A DNA stretch of 64,000 nt from assembly GCA_963702845.1 (NCBI GenBank), contig OY969763.1, positions 1,088,001 to 1,152,000 of the forward strand, in the 5' to 3' direction. The notes under the pieces were generated by a model. The model did not search any database, was not told the DNA's origin, and was given only the letters and a program-made list of their open reading frames with translations. Made by a program: the position numbers and the translations under genes. Shown here piece after piece: positions 11,601-22,111 of the stretch. This stretch comes from an uncultured Verrucomicrobiae bacterium (GTDB taxonomy: Bacteria; Verrucomicrobiota; Verrucomicrobiia; Limisphaerales; Palsa-1400). Each line of letters begins with the position of its first letter. Within the stretch, counting starts at the first letter, position 1.

Positions 11601-13091
11601 ATGAACGTCCGTTTTCCCCTTTACGCGAAAATCCTGCTCTGGTTCTTTCTGAACCTGGTGATTATCGCGGTTGGGTTTTTCATCTTCTTCAACTTCGAGT
11701 TCGGTCTGAACTCCGCGATCGAACGACAGGCCCATGATCGTCTGCGCCCGATTGAACAGTTGATCATTTCCGAACTGGTTCCGACGCCGCGCTCAGAATG
11801 GAACAATGTGTTGAAACGTTTCAGCTCGGCCTATGGAGTTGAATTCGCGTTATTCCGGAATTCTGGTGAGCAAGTCGCTGGCGGCGCAGTGAATTTGCCG
11901 ACGGCAGTGCTGGCGGAGTTGAATCAACAGGGGCCTCGGCGCGATGGTCCTCCTGACATGGCGCTCGATGATCCTCGCCGCGATCAATTCGCTCCGCCTC
12001 CTGAAGATCGTCCGGACCCTGAAAGGCCGCGCGCTCGTGGCCCGATGCCTTTGCGTCTACCCGGTGGCGCGGTTGGACTGTTCTTCGTTCATAGCGATGG
12101 AAAGTATTGGGTGGGCTTGCGCACCCGCATTCAGCGCCCTGACCAACCCCCACAACCAATGACCCTGATCGCCGTCTCAAAGACGCTCTCAGCCGGTGGG
12201 CTCTTTTTTGACTTTCGACCGTGGGCCATCGCGGGCCTGGTCGTTATCGTTGTGTCGGGATTGTTCTGGTTCCCGTTGATCCGAAGCCTGACGCATTCCG
12301 TTTCGAAGATGACCACCGCAACACAATTGATCGCGGCTGGTGATTTCGACGCGCGCGTTGCCGACCAACGCCGTGACGAACTCGGCAGTCTTGGCGAGGC
12401 AATCAACAGCATGGCAATGCGCTTAAAGGGATTGGTCACCGGTCAGAAACGTTTTCTTGGCGACACCGCTCACGAGCTTTGCACGCCTATTGCCCGCATC
12501 CAACTTCAACTCGGCATCCTCGAAGAAAGCGCGCATCCGCAAGACAAGCCGCGCATCGAAGAACTTCGTGAAGAAATCCAACAAATGTCCGCGTTGGTGA
12601 ACGAACTTCTGTCGTTTTCCAAAGCTTCGCTTGAGCCCGCCGCCGTAAAACTCCAACCCGTCCGCGTGCGAACCGTCGCCGAACAGGCGGCTCGACGTGA
12701 ATCCGTTTCCGGATCGCAAATCAATGTGGAAGTCGCGGAAGAAATTGGCGTGTTCGCCGACCCGGAACTCTTGATTCGCACCATCGGCAACCTCCTCCGC
12801 AATGCTATCCGCTACGCTGGCAATTGCGGACCGATTACGATCACCGCCAAACGCAAAGATGATCTCGTCCAAATCCACATCCGCGACTGCGGTCCCGGTG
12901 TTCCCGACGAATCCGTTCCACAGTTGTTTGACCCATTTTACCGTCCCGAAGTCGCCCGCGACCGGGAGAGCGGGGGAGTCGGACTTGGACTCGCGATCGT
13001 CAAAACTTGCGTCGAATCCTGTCACGGCATCGTCTCGTGTCGAAATCTCAAGCCAGGATTCGAAGTCACCATTGAACTACAAGCGGCATAA
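11601..13091 (+). CDS. HAMP-domain sensor histidine kinase
   Basis: Two TM helices, HAMP (RDELGSL), H-box AHELCTPIARI, N-box NLLRNAIRY, G-boxes DCGPG and GGVGLGLAIV. Confidence 0.95.
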   Translation: MNVRFPLYAKILLWFFLNLVIIAVGFFIFFNFEFGLNSAIERQAHDRLRPIEQLIISELVPTPRSEWNNVLKRFSSAYGVEFALFRNSGEQVAGGAVNLPTAVLAELNQQGPRRDGPPDMALDDPRRDQFAPPPEDRPDPERPRARGPMPLRLPGGAVGLFFVHSDGKYWVGLRTRIQRPDQPPQPMTLIAVSKTLSAGGLFFDFRPWAIAGLVVIVVSGLFWFPLIRSLTHSVSKMTTATQLIAAGDFDARVADQRRDELGSLGEAINSMAMRLKGLVTGQKRFLGDTAHELCTPIARIQLQLGILEESAHPQDKPRIEELREEIQQMSALVNELLSFSKASLEPAAVKLQPVRVRTVAEQAARRESVSGSQINVEVAEEIGVFADPELLIRTIGNLLRNAIRYAGNCGPITITAKRKDDLVQIHIRDCGPGVPDESVPQLFDPFYRPEVARDRESGGVGLGLAIVKTCVESCHGIVSCRNLKPGFEVTIELQAA

Positions 13092-13203
13092 ACGACCGTT
13101 TCCGGTTGACATCCCGATTGTGTTTTCGTCAGTGTCAGTGATTCACGCGAACCTAACAGACCGCAGGGATTCCTTGTCGCCGTGAGCCTAAAAAAGCGAG
13201 ATT

Positions 13204-16200
13204 ATGCAAACTAAACTCTTCTTCTGCCGCTCGATAAAATATCTGTTGCTGTCTAGCTTCTTTGCCACTTTGTCCACCGGTTACGCTGCCATTCCGTTCT
13301 ACGAACCGTTTGCCGATTTAACTGCTTCGGGCGGCACCAGCTACACTGTCGGCAGCACCGTCAAAGGCAATATCAATGCCACGGGGGATGTCTGGTTCGG
13401 CGCGGGCACCACCACTGCCGGCACCAAGGCTGTTATCACCGGTATCAATCTTTCGTATCCGGGCCTCGCTGCTTCATCAGGCAACGCCTATCAAACAAGC
13501 GCGGCTAGCGGGGAAGGCGCCCGCATGTTTGTTTCCTTGCAAACCAGCGGAAGTGCAATGGGCATCACCAATCAAAACGTGACGCTTTATTATTCCCTCA
13601 TTATTCAACTGACCGATGTGACCGCACTCTCCACCACTGGTGAATATTGGATCGGATTCAACAACCAAGGCACAGTCAACAACCAGACCAGTCAGGCGGG
13701 CATTCAAGGGGCGCGCCTTTATTTTAAGAAAGTAGACGCAACTAGTTTCAACGTCGGCATCGGAAAGGGCGGCCCCACCATTGCCTGGGACGCCACGTTG
13801 CGCACCACCAGCGACGTTCTTTACATCGCTGCTGCTTACAACATGAATTCCGCCGGTGGCGTCGGCACGGACGATAACATTTATCTATGGGTCAATCCTG
13901 ATCCACCACGTTCGGCCAACCGGCTGCACCATCGTCAAATACCGCCCAGATCATCGGAACGGACGCTGACATCTCTTTTATTTCGTCGTTCGTAATTTTG
14001 GATCGATCAGCCACCTGCGCCACCTCGGCGATCATTGACGAAGTGCGCGTCGGCAAAACGTGGATGTTCGTTACAGGCGGCCCGGAGTTTGTCACCGTGC
14101 CTCCCGCCGCGACGAATATCGCTTCGCAAGCGACGGTGAATTTGAGCGCCATCGCCAAAAGCGGTAGCGGCACGACGCTCTCATATAAATGGCAGAAGAA
14201 CGGCGTGAACCTTACCGATAGCGGCAACATCTCCGGCTCAGCGACCGCCAACTTCACGTTGTCAAATGCTACGACGGATGATTCCGGGTCTTATTCCTTA
14301 ATTGCCAGCGACGCCATCGGCTCAATAACCAACGTTACAACAATCAATGTCAGCCGTCCTGGCTCGATTTTTTGGCGCGGCGGCAATAATGCGAATCCGA
14401 CCGCATGGGACCACGCCACCACCAACTGGTTTAATTCGACCACCAGCGCTTTCGATGTTTTTCATGATGGTGATGCCACTGTTTTCGATGACACCGCCGC
14501 CACGAATTTCGTGACCGTCATTGGCACCAACGCTTTTTCCGCGATGACCATATCGAATAATCTTAAACCGTTCACATTCTCGGGCAGCGGCGTTTTGAGC
14601 GGCCCCCTCGACCTCGAGGGAGCGAGCAGCGTCACACTCGCTTTATCAACCCCGCCGTTGTTCAGCGGTATCACAAACAATTCAGGGTCGCTCATTTTTG
14701 CTCTCGGCGGCACCACGAATATTCTGGCCGCGCCAATATCGGATAACGGCGCAGGCCAGGGAACCATTATTCAAAACGCGGCCAACACGCTGGTTTTGAG
14801 CGGTAACAACTCCAGCTTTAACGGGAAGGTTGTAGTTCAAGCCGGTACACTTAAGGCCGGAAGCGCCGCCTCCCTCGGCAGCTCAGCCGGCAACATTGTC
14901 ATTTCCAACGGTGGCACTCTGGACTTGGGTGGATTCAATCTCTCCAACAATCCGGTTGTCGTTCAGGGCACTGGCACGGGCGGCACCAACGGCGCCATCA
15001 ACAATAGTGGCGGGAACGCGCTGCAAGCGTTCGCGATGGTCACTTTGAGTGGCGACACAACCTTCAACGCCTCCGCCGGACGCTGGGACATCGGCACCAA
15101 CGCCGTTGGCGGATACATCCACGGTAACGGTTATACTCTTTCCAAAATTGGCGCCCAGCCGGTCGTAATCAAAGACGTCGGCGATACCAGCATAGGAGAC
15201 GTGCACATTGTTGGTGGTCGCTTGGCCTTTCAAGGCAACGTGACGATGGGCGATTCTACCAAAACTCTTACCGCAGAGGCGGGCACGGTCCTGACCTTTT
15301 TTAGCGCTCAAAACAGTCCGAATAAAAAAGTTGTGCTCAATTCCGCCATAATTGATTCCGGCGGCAGCGGTAACAATTTCTACGGCCCCATCACCCTTAG
15401 CGGCACATGCACTATTGGTTTGCGGTCCGCATTGGATATCTGGAGCGGTGTCACCGGGACCGGTTCCCTCATCGCGACGATTAATGACTCCGTCGGCAAT
15501 GGCGCAGCTGGAACGCAATTGCATCTCCACGGCACCAACACTTTCACAGGTGCGACCATCGTTCGCACCAACACTGGCCTCGTGCTCGACTCTCAATCGG
15601 CGCTGGCCAGTTCGCTAATCCAAGTGGACGCGGCTGGCTCGTTGGACGCAACCGCGATCCCAACTTGGACATTAACTAGTGGGCAAACCATCTCCGGTAG
15701 CGGGACGTTGGGCGGGAACTCGATAATCTTCGGCAGCGGTTCCAGTTTGGCTCCTGGCCCATCAAATTCCATTGGCACTCTCACCTTTAACGGCAGTCCC
15801 ACGTTCCAATCCGGCAGCACAAGCTTCTTCAAACTCAATCCGTCGGCATTGACCAGCGATCAGGTGAGCGGGCTGGGCAACGTGACATTCGGCGGCACGC
15901 TCGTGTTATCGAACACGACCGCAACTCCATACGTCTCGGGCAACAGCTTCACGCTCTTTGCCGCCAGCGGTTACCAGGGTTCCTTCGCCGCGATTGTTCC
16001 TGCCACTCCAGGCGCTGGTTTGCTGTGGGACACCAACAGCCTGGCGCTCAACGGTTCAATCGCCGTTGTTGCGGCTCCCCATTTTATCGGCGGCTCGACG
16101 TTGCTCGATGGGAATTTTCAACTGACGTTTTCCGGCCCGGTTGGACGGCCATACACACTGCTGGCCTCCACCAACGTTGCCCTATCGTTGACGAACTGGA

Positions 16201-16304
16201 TACCCATCGCTAACGGCTCTATCGACACCGATCCATTTACCGTTTCTGACCTTACCGCCACCAATTTCCCCCGTCGCTTTTACTCGATAACTATAGGTCA
16301 ATAA
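13204..16304 (+). CDS. Large secreted Ig plus autotransporter-associated beta-strand repeat protein (apparent frameshift at ~13903)
   Basis: Signal peptide, Ig-like LSYKWQKNG and repeats such as LVLSGNNSSFNGKVVVQAGTL and LHGTNTFTGATIV. ORFs 13204..13995 and 13998..16304 join if one base is added after VNPD. Confidence 0.8.
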
Positions 16305-16340
16305 TCGAATCGGTTATCTCATTGACAGTGCAGTGCCTAC

Positions 16341-16370
16341 AAAAAATAAGGACGGCTTTCGCCGTCCTTA
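16341..16370 (-). terminator. Intrinsic terminator ending the rpsJ-rplW operon
   Basis: Perfect 10-bp stem TAAGGACGGC-tttc-GCCGTCCTTA, with A6 on + giving the U-tract on the minus strand. Confidence 0.85.
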
Positions 16371-16395
16371 CGTGTAAATAACTTTTTGCGGATGA

Positions 16396-16677
16396 CTAGG
16401 TCAACGTGATCTTGTCGCCTTCTTTCAAGGTGACGATGGCTTTCTTCCACGCGTTGGTCCAACCGGCGGCCGGCTGGCGTTGACGACGGGGCTTGCCACG
16501 GACGTTCAGTGTGTTGACGGCAGTTACCTTGACCTTGAACAGCTCTTGCACAGCCTGGCGGATCTGCGTCTTGTTGGCGCGAGGATCGGCGACGACGGTG
16601 TATTGGTTCAGGAGCGAGGACTGGCGCGTGCCTTTTTCGGTCACGCGAACGGTTTTGATGATTTCGAAAGCGTTCAT
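16396..16677 (-). CDS. rplW: 50S ribosomal protein L23
   Basis: VTEK, ANKTQIRQAVQELFKVKV, WKKAIVTL. Confidence 0.97.
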   Translation of the reverse strand: MNAFEIIKTVRVTEKGTRQSSLLNQYTVVADPRANKTQIRQAVQELFKVKVTAVNTLNVRGKPRRQRQPAAGWTNAWKKAIVTLKEGDKITLT

Positions 16678-16678
16678 A

Positions 16679-17302
16679 TTACTTGGCCAATCGTTTTTCG
16701 ACGGCTTCGTAGCCGGCGCGGGTGAAAAGGACTTTGCTCGGGCGGAGCAGTTGATAGGTGTTCAAATCGTCGCCGGTGGTGACTTCGATGTCAGCCACGT
16801 TGCGCGAAGCGAGTTCCAGGTTCTTGTCGTGAGTCTGCGCGACGATCAGGGCGGTGCCCGTGACTTTCAGCGCTGACAACACGCCAACGAAATCTTTGGT
16901 CTTGGACGAGGACAGTTTCAGGTCGTCGAGGACCATGACGTCTCCGGCTTTGATGCGTTCGGTCAATGCCTTGCGCAATGCGAGTTGGCGCGTGGAGGTG
17001 TTGACTTTCTTCGCGAAGTCGCGGGGCCTGGGGCCGAAAACGACACCGCCGCCACGCCACAAGGGCGATGCGAACGAGCCGGCGCGAGCGCGGCCTGTGC
17101 CTTTTTGTTTCCACGGCTTCTTGTTGGAGCCAGCGACTTCACCAACGGTTTTGGTGCAAGCGGTGCCCATGCGTTGCGCCGCGTTGTAGGCGACGACGAC
17201 ATCATGGACGGCTTGAGTGCCGCGGCCATCTTCGACCATGGCGAACTTCACTTCGAGTTCACCCGAGTCTTTACCTTGAATATTTTTAACGGGAAGTTTC
17301 AT
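16679..17302 (-). CDS. rplD: 50S ribosomal protein L4
   Basis: KPWKQKGTGRARAGS, WRGGGVVFGPRPRD. Confidence 0.98.
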   Translation of the reverse strand: MKLPVKNIQGKDSGELEVKFAMVEDGRGTQAVHDVVVAYNAAQRMGTACTKTVGEVAGSNKKPWKQKGTGRARAGSFASPLWRGGGVVFGPRPRDFAKKVNTSTRQLALRKALTERIKAGDVMVLDDLKLSSSKTKDFVGVLSALKVTGTALIVAQTHDKNLELASRNVADIEVTTGDDLNTYQLLRPSKVLFTRAGYEAVEKRLAK

Positions 17303-17308
17303 ACGTCA

Positions 17309-18067
17309 TTACTTCTTGGCAGGTGCAGCGGCCTTAGCGGGAGCAGCAGCGGCTTTTTCTTTCTTAGCACCACCGGCAGCGGCCGAAGGAGCATTGGCGT
17401 TAGCGACGGCCAGGGCGCGCTTGGCGACGTCTGAGCCTTTGGGCAATTTCTTTGCTTCGCGAATGACGACGTAGTCGTTGTTCGCACCGGGGATCGCGCC
17501 TTTGATGAGCAGAAGGTTTTCTGCTTCGCGAACCTGAATGATCTGCAAATTTTGGACTGTGCGTTGCACCTGGCCCATGTGACCGGGCATTTTCATGCCG
17601 CGCATAACTGTTCCAGGGAACAAACGCTGACCGATTGCGCCGGAACGACGACGCCAACCTTTGGCACCGTGCGAGGCGTCACCGCCGCGGAAGTTGTGGC
17701 GCTTCATGACGCCTTCGAAGCCGCGACCTTTGGTCACGCCGATGGCATCAATGAAATCACCGGCAGCGAAGATGGTCGCGCCGACAACGTCACCGGGTTT
17801 GACCGGCAAGGTGAAATCACGAAATTCTTTGACGCGCTTTGTGGGCTTCGCGCCGAATTTCTTGAAATGGCCGACCAACGCTTTGGTGAGGCGTTGTTCT
17901 TTTTGATCGTCGAAACCAAGTTGAACGGCGTTGTAACCGTCTGATTCCTGGTTTTTCGTCTGGATGACGCGATTTGGACCGGCGAGCACGATGGTGACGG
18001 GTTGGAGAACGCCGTGGGCATCGTAGACGCTGGTTTGTCCGAGTTTTTTTCCTAAAAGTCCTAGCAT
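17309..18067 (-). CDS. rplC: 50S ribosomal protein L3
   Basis: GKKLGQT, DGYNAVQLG, KGRGFEGVMKRHNF, KMPGHMG, and an Ala/Lys-rich C-terminal tail. Confidence 0.98.
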   Translation of the reverse strand: MLGLLGKKLGQTSVYDAHGVLQPVTIVLAGPNRVIQTKNQESDGYNAVQLGFDDQKEQRLTKALVGHFKKFGAKPTKRVKEFRDFTLPVKPGDVVGATIFAAGDFIDAIGVTKGRGFEGVMKRHNFRGGDASHGAKGWRRRSGAIGQRLFPGTVMRGMKMPGHMGQVQRTVQNLQIIQVREAENLLLIKGAIPGANNDYVVIREAKKLPKGSDVAKRALAVANANAPSAAAGGAKKEKAAAAPAKAAAPAKK

Positions 18068-18081
18068 AGGTTTCTCGCGCG

Positions 18082-18390
18082 TTAAATTTTAATGGTGATG
18101 TCAACGCCCGCAGGGAGGTTGAGCTTTTTCAACTCGTCCACTGTTTTGGCAGTGGGATCGATGATGTCGAGCAGGCGCTTGTGAGTGCGTTGCTCGAAGG
18201 TTTCCTGAGACTTTTTGTCCGAATGAGGTGAGCGCAAAACGGTGAAGCGTTCGACGCGAGTGGGAAGTGGAATCGGACCAGCAACACGGGCACCCGTGCG
18301 CTTAACAGTCTCGACAATATCGTGCGCTGATTGGTCAATGACGCGATGGTCAAAGGCCTTCAGGCGAATGCGTATACGTTGTCCAGCCAT
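18082..18390 (-). CDS. rpsJ: 30S ribosomal protein S10
   Basis: [34 protein letters not shown]. Confidence 0.99.
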   Translation of the reverse strand: MAGQRIRIRLKAFDHRVIDQSAHDIVETVKRTGARVAGPIPLPTRVERFTVLRSPHSDKKSQETFEQRTHKRLLDIIDPTAKTVDELKKLNLPAGVDITIKI

Positions 18391-18426
18391 ACAAAGAACA
18401 ATGTTAATTAGTTACGTTAAATGCCG

Positions 18427-18556
18427 CACGCCAGAGCTTTACTTCAAGCGTGAGCCGACTGACAGTCGGCAATGCAATCCCGAAACATCGGGACGCTCAG
18501 ACACCCCTCGGGACTCCGAGAGCGGGCTAATATAGCGAGCCAAGTTTTGAATGCAA
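18427..18556 (-). promoter_or_regulatory. Putative rpsJ promoter and structured 5' leader
   Basis: Minus-strand TTGCAT (18556-18551), 16 nt, TATATT (18534-18529). Hairpins follow at 18507-18520, 18478-18493, 18454-18470 and 18427-18452. Confidence 0.55.
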
Positions 18557-18585
18557 CAGGTATTTTACAGAAGTTTCCAAGGGGT

Positions 18586-18610
18586 ATCTAACCGCAAAGA
18601 ACGCAAAGAT
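18586..18610. repeat. REP-like GCAAAGAAC-family repeat (single arm)
   Basis: ATCTAACCGCAAAGAACGCAAAGAT is identical (25 bp) to 46857-46881. Confidence 0.7.
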
Positions 18611-18708
18611 TGGTGAAAAACCAAGAATCCAAATTAGTGTAAGTAGCGGCAGGCGTGCCGTTTGGGTTTAATAGACCGCTTTAAACGGGGGGATACCCCG
18701 GCGAATTA

Positions 18709-18901
18709 TGCGGAAAGCTGCGGCAATCTACGGAAAGGTGCGGAAATCTGCGGTAATTTGCGAATATGCGGCTCGCGGCACTAGTCGAAAAAACTTTTCT
18801 GCAAACGGTGTATTTTGGTGTAGTTAGGTGTATTTAGCTGTAGCTCGCTTTAGATTCGGTAAGGTTTCGACTACACCTTGAATAAGGTTCCGCTATTCCG
18901 C
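18709..18901. repeat. Two arrays of degenerate 10-bp tandem repeats with inverted partial copies
   Basis: CGGAAAGCTG/CGGCAATCTA/CGGAAAGGTG/CGGAAATCTG/CGGTAATTTG at 18711-18760; GGTGTATTTT/GGTGTAGTTA/GGTGTATTTA/GCTGTAGCTC at 18807-18846; inverted CTACACC and two TTCCGC at 18871-18901. Confidence 0.6.
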
Positions 18902-18915
18902 CGCTGGTTTACTAG

Positions 18916-19308
18916 TTAAATCGTGGCGTTTTCGATGATTTTAATCTCAAAGAACGGCGCGGGACTTCGAATATCTTCGACAGCCCTTGGCCGATAGGGA
19001 CCGGCTGTGCTGCATATTATGGAGTGAAGGGGCGACAGAGTCAATAGTTGGTTGAGGGTTGAGGGCAGCAAATTGGGGTGAATGAACAGGTCGCGCAGGA
19101 TAGTCTTCCGGGAATTGGTCGGGATCGTCGAATTTACTGGTTCCGTTGATTTTGTTTTTAGGTGATGGCTCGGCAACTTCGGAGTGATGAGCCAGGCGAT
19201 TGTGGCGATTACGAGGAGTGTCGCACCGAGGCCCCTGATGGCCGCAGTTGGATCAAAATACAGCTGCTTCTGGCTGTGCTCGACGGCGGCGGCTTCGGCC
19301 TGTTTCAC
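18916..19308 (-). CDS. Hypothetical protein with one TM-like segment (uncertain)
   Basis: ORF with the hydrophobic stretch GLGATLLVIATIAWLI and no recognised domain. Confidence 0.25.
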   Translation of the reverse strand: MKQAEAAAVEHSQKQLYFDPTAAIRGLGATLLVIATIAWLITPKLPSHHLKTKSTEPVNSTIPTNSRKTILRDLFIHPNLLPSTLNQLLTLSPLHSIICSTAGPYRPRAVEDIRSPAPFFEIKIIENATI

Positions 19309-19362
19309 AGCTTCTGTGTTCGCAAAAGGGTAAGCCGGAGAGGTCCTTTTTTGGGTTTGGCC

Positions 19363-21578
19363 TTAACGACTGTTCTCTTGGGCTGCGTTCTTTGGCGGGC
19401 TTGTTGCCGCTTCTTCGTAGCGATAGTTGAATCTTCCGTTGGGCGCGGTGTCGCCTTCGATCATGAATTGGAGAATGTTTCCGTCTTGGGGGATGTTGTC
19501 AGCCCATTTGAATTCGAATCGCATCTTTCCTTTTTTGGTCTGGAGTCCAAGGGCGATAGCGGGATGGCAAGTTGAAGTTGGTTTTCTTTGACGACGAATT
19601 TGATGGTGCCGGACGAGGTCCAATGCCAGCCGCCCGTGTTGCGTTCCAGAACTGCTTCATTCCGTTTCGGTTTCTGGCGGTTGACGATGAAGTCGTATCC
19701 TTCCCAGCCGGTGGCGTGATTTTGGTCGGCGTCGATCAAGAGCATCATCCACGAAGGATCACTCGAACGCGTGATGGGTGAACGGGTGCGCGCGTAGAAG
19801 TAGAGGTAGCGTTCGTCGCGGGCGACCTTGAGGGCCAGAAAATCGTTTCGTCCGGAGGTTGTCACGTAACGGCCGCAGTTGTTGAAGCCCGGGAAATCGC
19901 GATGGCCAGTGTCTCCGTCATCGTCCCGAAATTCGGGAAGGACGTCAGTCCATTGTTCAAAGTCCTGGTTCATGCGAATGGTTTTTTGCGGTCCAGGCAA
20001 GGGCAGGGGACGGCTACCTTTGAATCGCCGGATGAAGGCGGTCATTTGGTAGTAATAGTTGTCGCCATGCCCGCCGTTCATCGGCTCGATGTCGCGACTG
20101 TTTTCCTGGTCGTATTCATCCGGAAAGAGGGCATTGCCCTTGATGCCGTTGAATTCGGGGTGGCGCGAGGCGATCCATTCGTTCCAGCCGGTGATGAAGA
20201 TGAATCGCGGGTCTTCGTTGAGGGCACGTTCGAACTGTTCGGCAAAGTTGTATCCGTGCTGGACATCAGTGGGTTTGCGCACTGTAGTGCCTTTATGGAA
20301 GCTGCGTCCGCGCACGCCCGGTTCGCTCATGGAGCCAAGGCGATTTGTGACGGCGTTTTGGGCGACGCCAACGGACATTTGTTCTTTCTCGCCTCGATCG
20401 TTTTTGAAGGTGTGTTGAGGGTAGACCTCAAGCCAACTCCACATGTTGGTTTCAGTGGGGCCTTCGAAGTAGCTGGGTTGTGGTTTGCGGAAGGTGAAGA
20501 AGTTTTGAATTTGCCGGAGTTGGTCGCCGGGAATGGAAATCTGCCAGCTACGCGTGCCGGGGCAAGGCTGGCCGTTGGCGTAGGCGTGTATTGAAGGGGT
20601 CCGGGCGTCGCGTTCGCCCCACCAGCCGACGCGTCCTGCGGGTTTCGAGATTTCGAGATAATAGATTCCGGGAGGTTGTGTGGTGGGAAGCGATAGGTTG
20701 AGCCATTCGTTGTCTGCAACGGGCAGCCGCTCGGTTGCGATGCATTCGCCGCCAGGCCCGTTTCGATATAATGAAAGTGTTACGACGGAGTTGGTCTGGA
20801 ACTGGGTTGGAAAACAGCCGCCGGCGGTATTGAATGGTCGGCTGGCATTAAAAGTTTGACCTAAAGTCTGGCCGTCATTGAGTTCTGTTTCGGATTGGCC
20901 CTGCACTCCTCCTTCAACATCGGCGAGCTTGGTCGAGTCCGCCAAAATGAGGGGCCTGCCCTCCCATCGAAACCATAAATGGGGATAGAGATTGGGTTGG
21001 TAAAAGTCATGCCAAAGTTCGGTGACCACTCTATCGGGCTTCCAAAACGGACAGAGGAAAGCGATTTGCGGGGTTTTCCCGCCGCGCCGCCGGATGTCGT
21101 CAAATGTACGGAGGAGCGCCATGTAGTTGCTTTTGTAGGTCTGTTGGTTGGTGACGTCGAAGATGACGGTGTCGACTCCTGCGTCGGTAAGCATTTGGGC
21201 GTGTTTGGCCAGCACGAACGGGTCTTGGGTCAAATAGTAGCCGTAGATTGATTCACCCCAGTGATGAGGCGCATACATCGGTCCCCACTGCGGGTTCTCT
21301 GGATCGATGGATTTGATTTTGGTGACATCGTATGGACCGCCGTTGGCGTGGGTCCCTAGCCAAAGGAAATAGAATATGCCGATAAACCGGTCTTGGCGTG
21401 GTGAACCGGTTTGCGGCCAGACGGGCAGTCGACGGCCTAGATTGTCGGTTGCAGCCCAAGTATCGCTGAAGGTGTCCCACGCCGCGGTTGCCGACGTGTC
21501 CCGGGCGGACGCTCGCGGGCCGCCGGTCCAAAGGAACGCGACGGCCAACATAATTCGACTCCAGTAGCAATAGTTCAC
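19363..21578 (-). CDS. Secreted glycoside-hydrolase-like protein (GH71/GH99-like TIM barrel; apparent frameshift at ~19560)
   Basis: Signal peptide, GIFYFLW, HAQMLTDAGVDTVIFDVTN, FITGWNEW, SRDIEP. The C-terminus continues in 19363..19623 (FEFKWADN...GDTAPNGRFNYRY). Confidence 0.65.
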
Positions 21579-21719
21579 GCGCGTTCAGACGCCGTCGTAT
21601 ACCTCGTTCCGTGGAGTAATGTTCGATTGAACACTTACTCCATGCTCGCGTCCGGCTTTGGATTTCTATCATCCAGTTTGCATGGAAGCGATTATTTCTC
21701 GTGGTTGATTGTAGGTTAT

Positions 21720-22058
21720 CTACAGGAGAAGTTTGGCCACGGTTGCGGGGATGCCTTCGGGCAGTTCGACGGCGCGGGTTTTTAGGAAGTCCTGGATGAG
21801 AAGGTTGATCCATTCGCGGGAGGTTTGGATTTCGGTGAATTCGAGGAGTTTCTTTTCGCCGTCGAGTTTCGGTTGGTATTTGGCGCTGCCGGTCAGGGGC
21901 GTGGTTTCGCCTTTGAGGAGGACCTCGAAATGGATGGTGCGAGTGGCGGAATCGATTTGCAGGTTTGTCATATGGCCATATTTCTGGATGCGTTCGTTTG
22001 CGTAGTGTTTGGCTCCGGCCTGGAGCGCCCAGTCTTTGAATGTTCGGATTAAGCCCAT
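21720..22058 (-). CDS. Hypothetical protein
   Basis: Clean 112-aa ATG ORF with protein-like composition (LLKGE, SREW) and no recognised domain. Confidence 0.65.
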   Translation of the reverse strand: MGLIRTFKDWALQAGAKHYANERIQKYGHMTNLQIDSATRTIHFEVLLKGETTPLTGSAKYQPKLDGEKKLLEFTEIQTSREWINLLIQDFLKTRAVELPEGIPATVAKLLL

Positions 22059-22111
22059 GGGAAATTCATCTCATAATCCGATAATCTACACTAATTGGAA
22101 ATAATTGGGTT

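Noticed and set aside
13204..16304. Classical autotransporter or exosortase substrate
   Set aside because: There is no C-terminal beta-barrel and no PEP-CTERM/VPDSG motif with a TM helix and basic tail. The same applies to 60982..62796.
18421..18530. tRNA suggested by multiple hairpins
   Set aside because: There is no TTC T-loop, acceptor stem or CCA geometry. It is better explained as the rpsJ leader.
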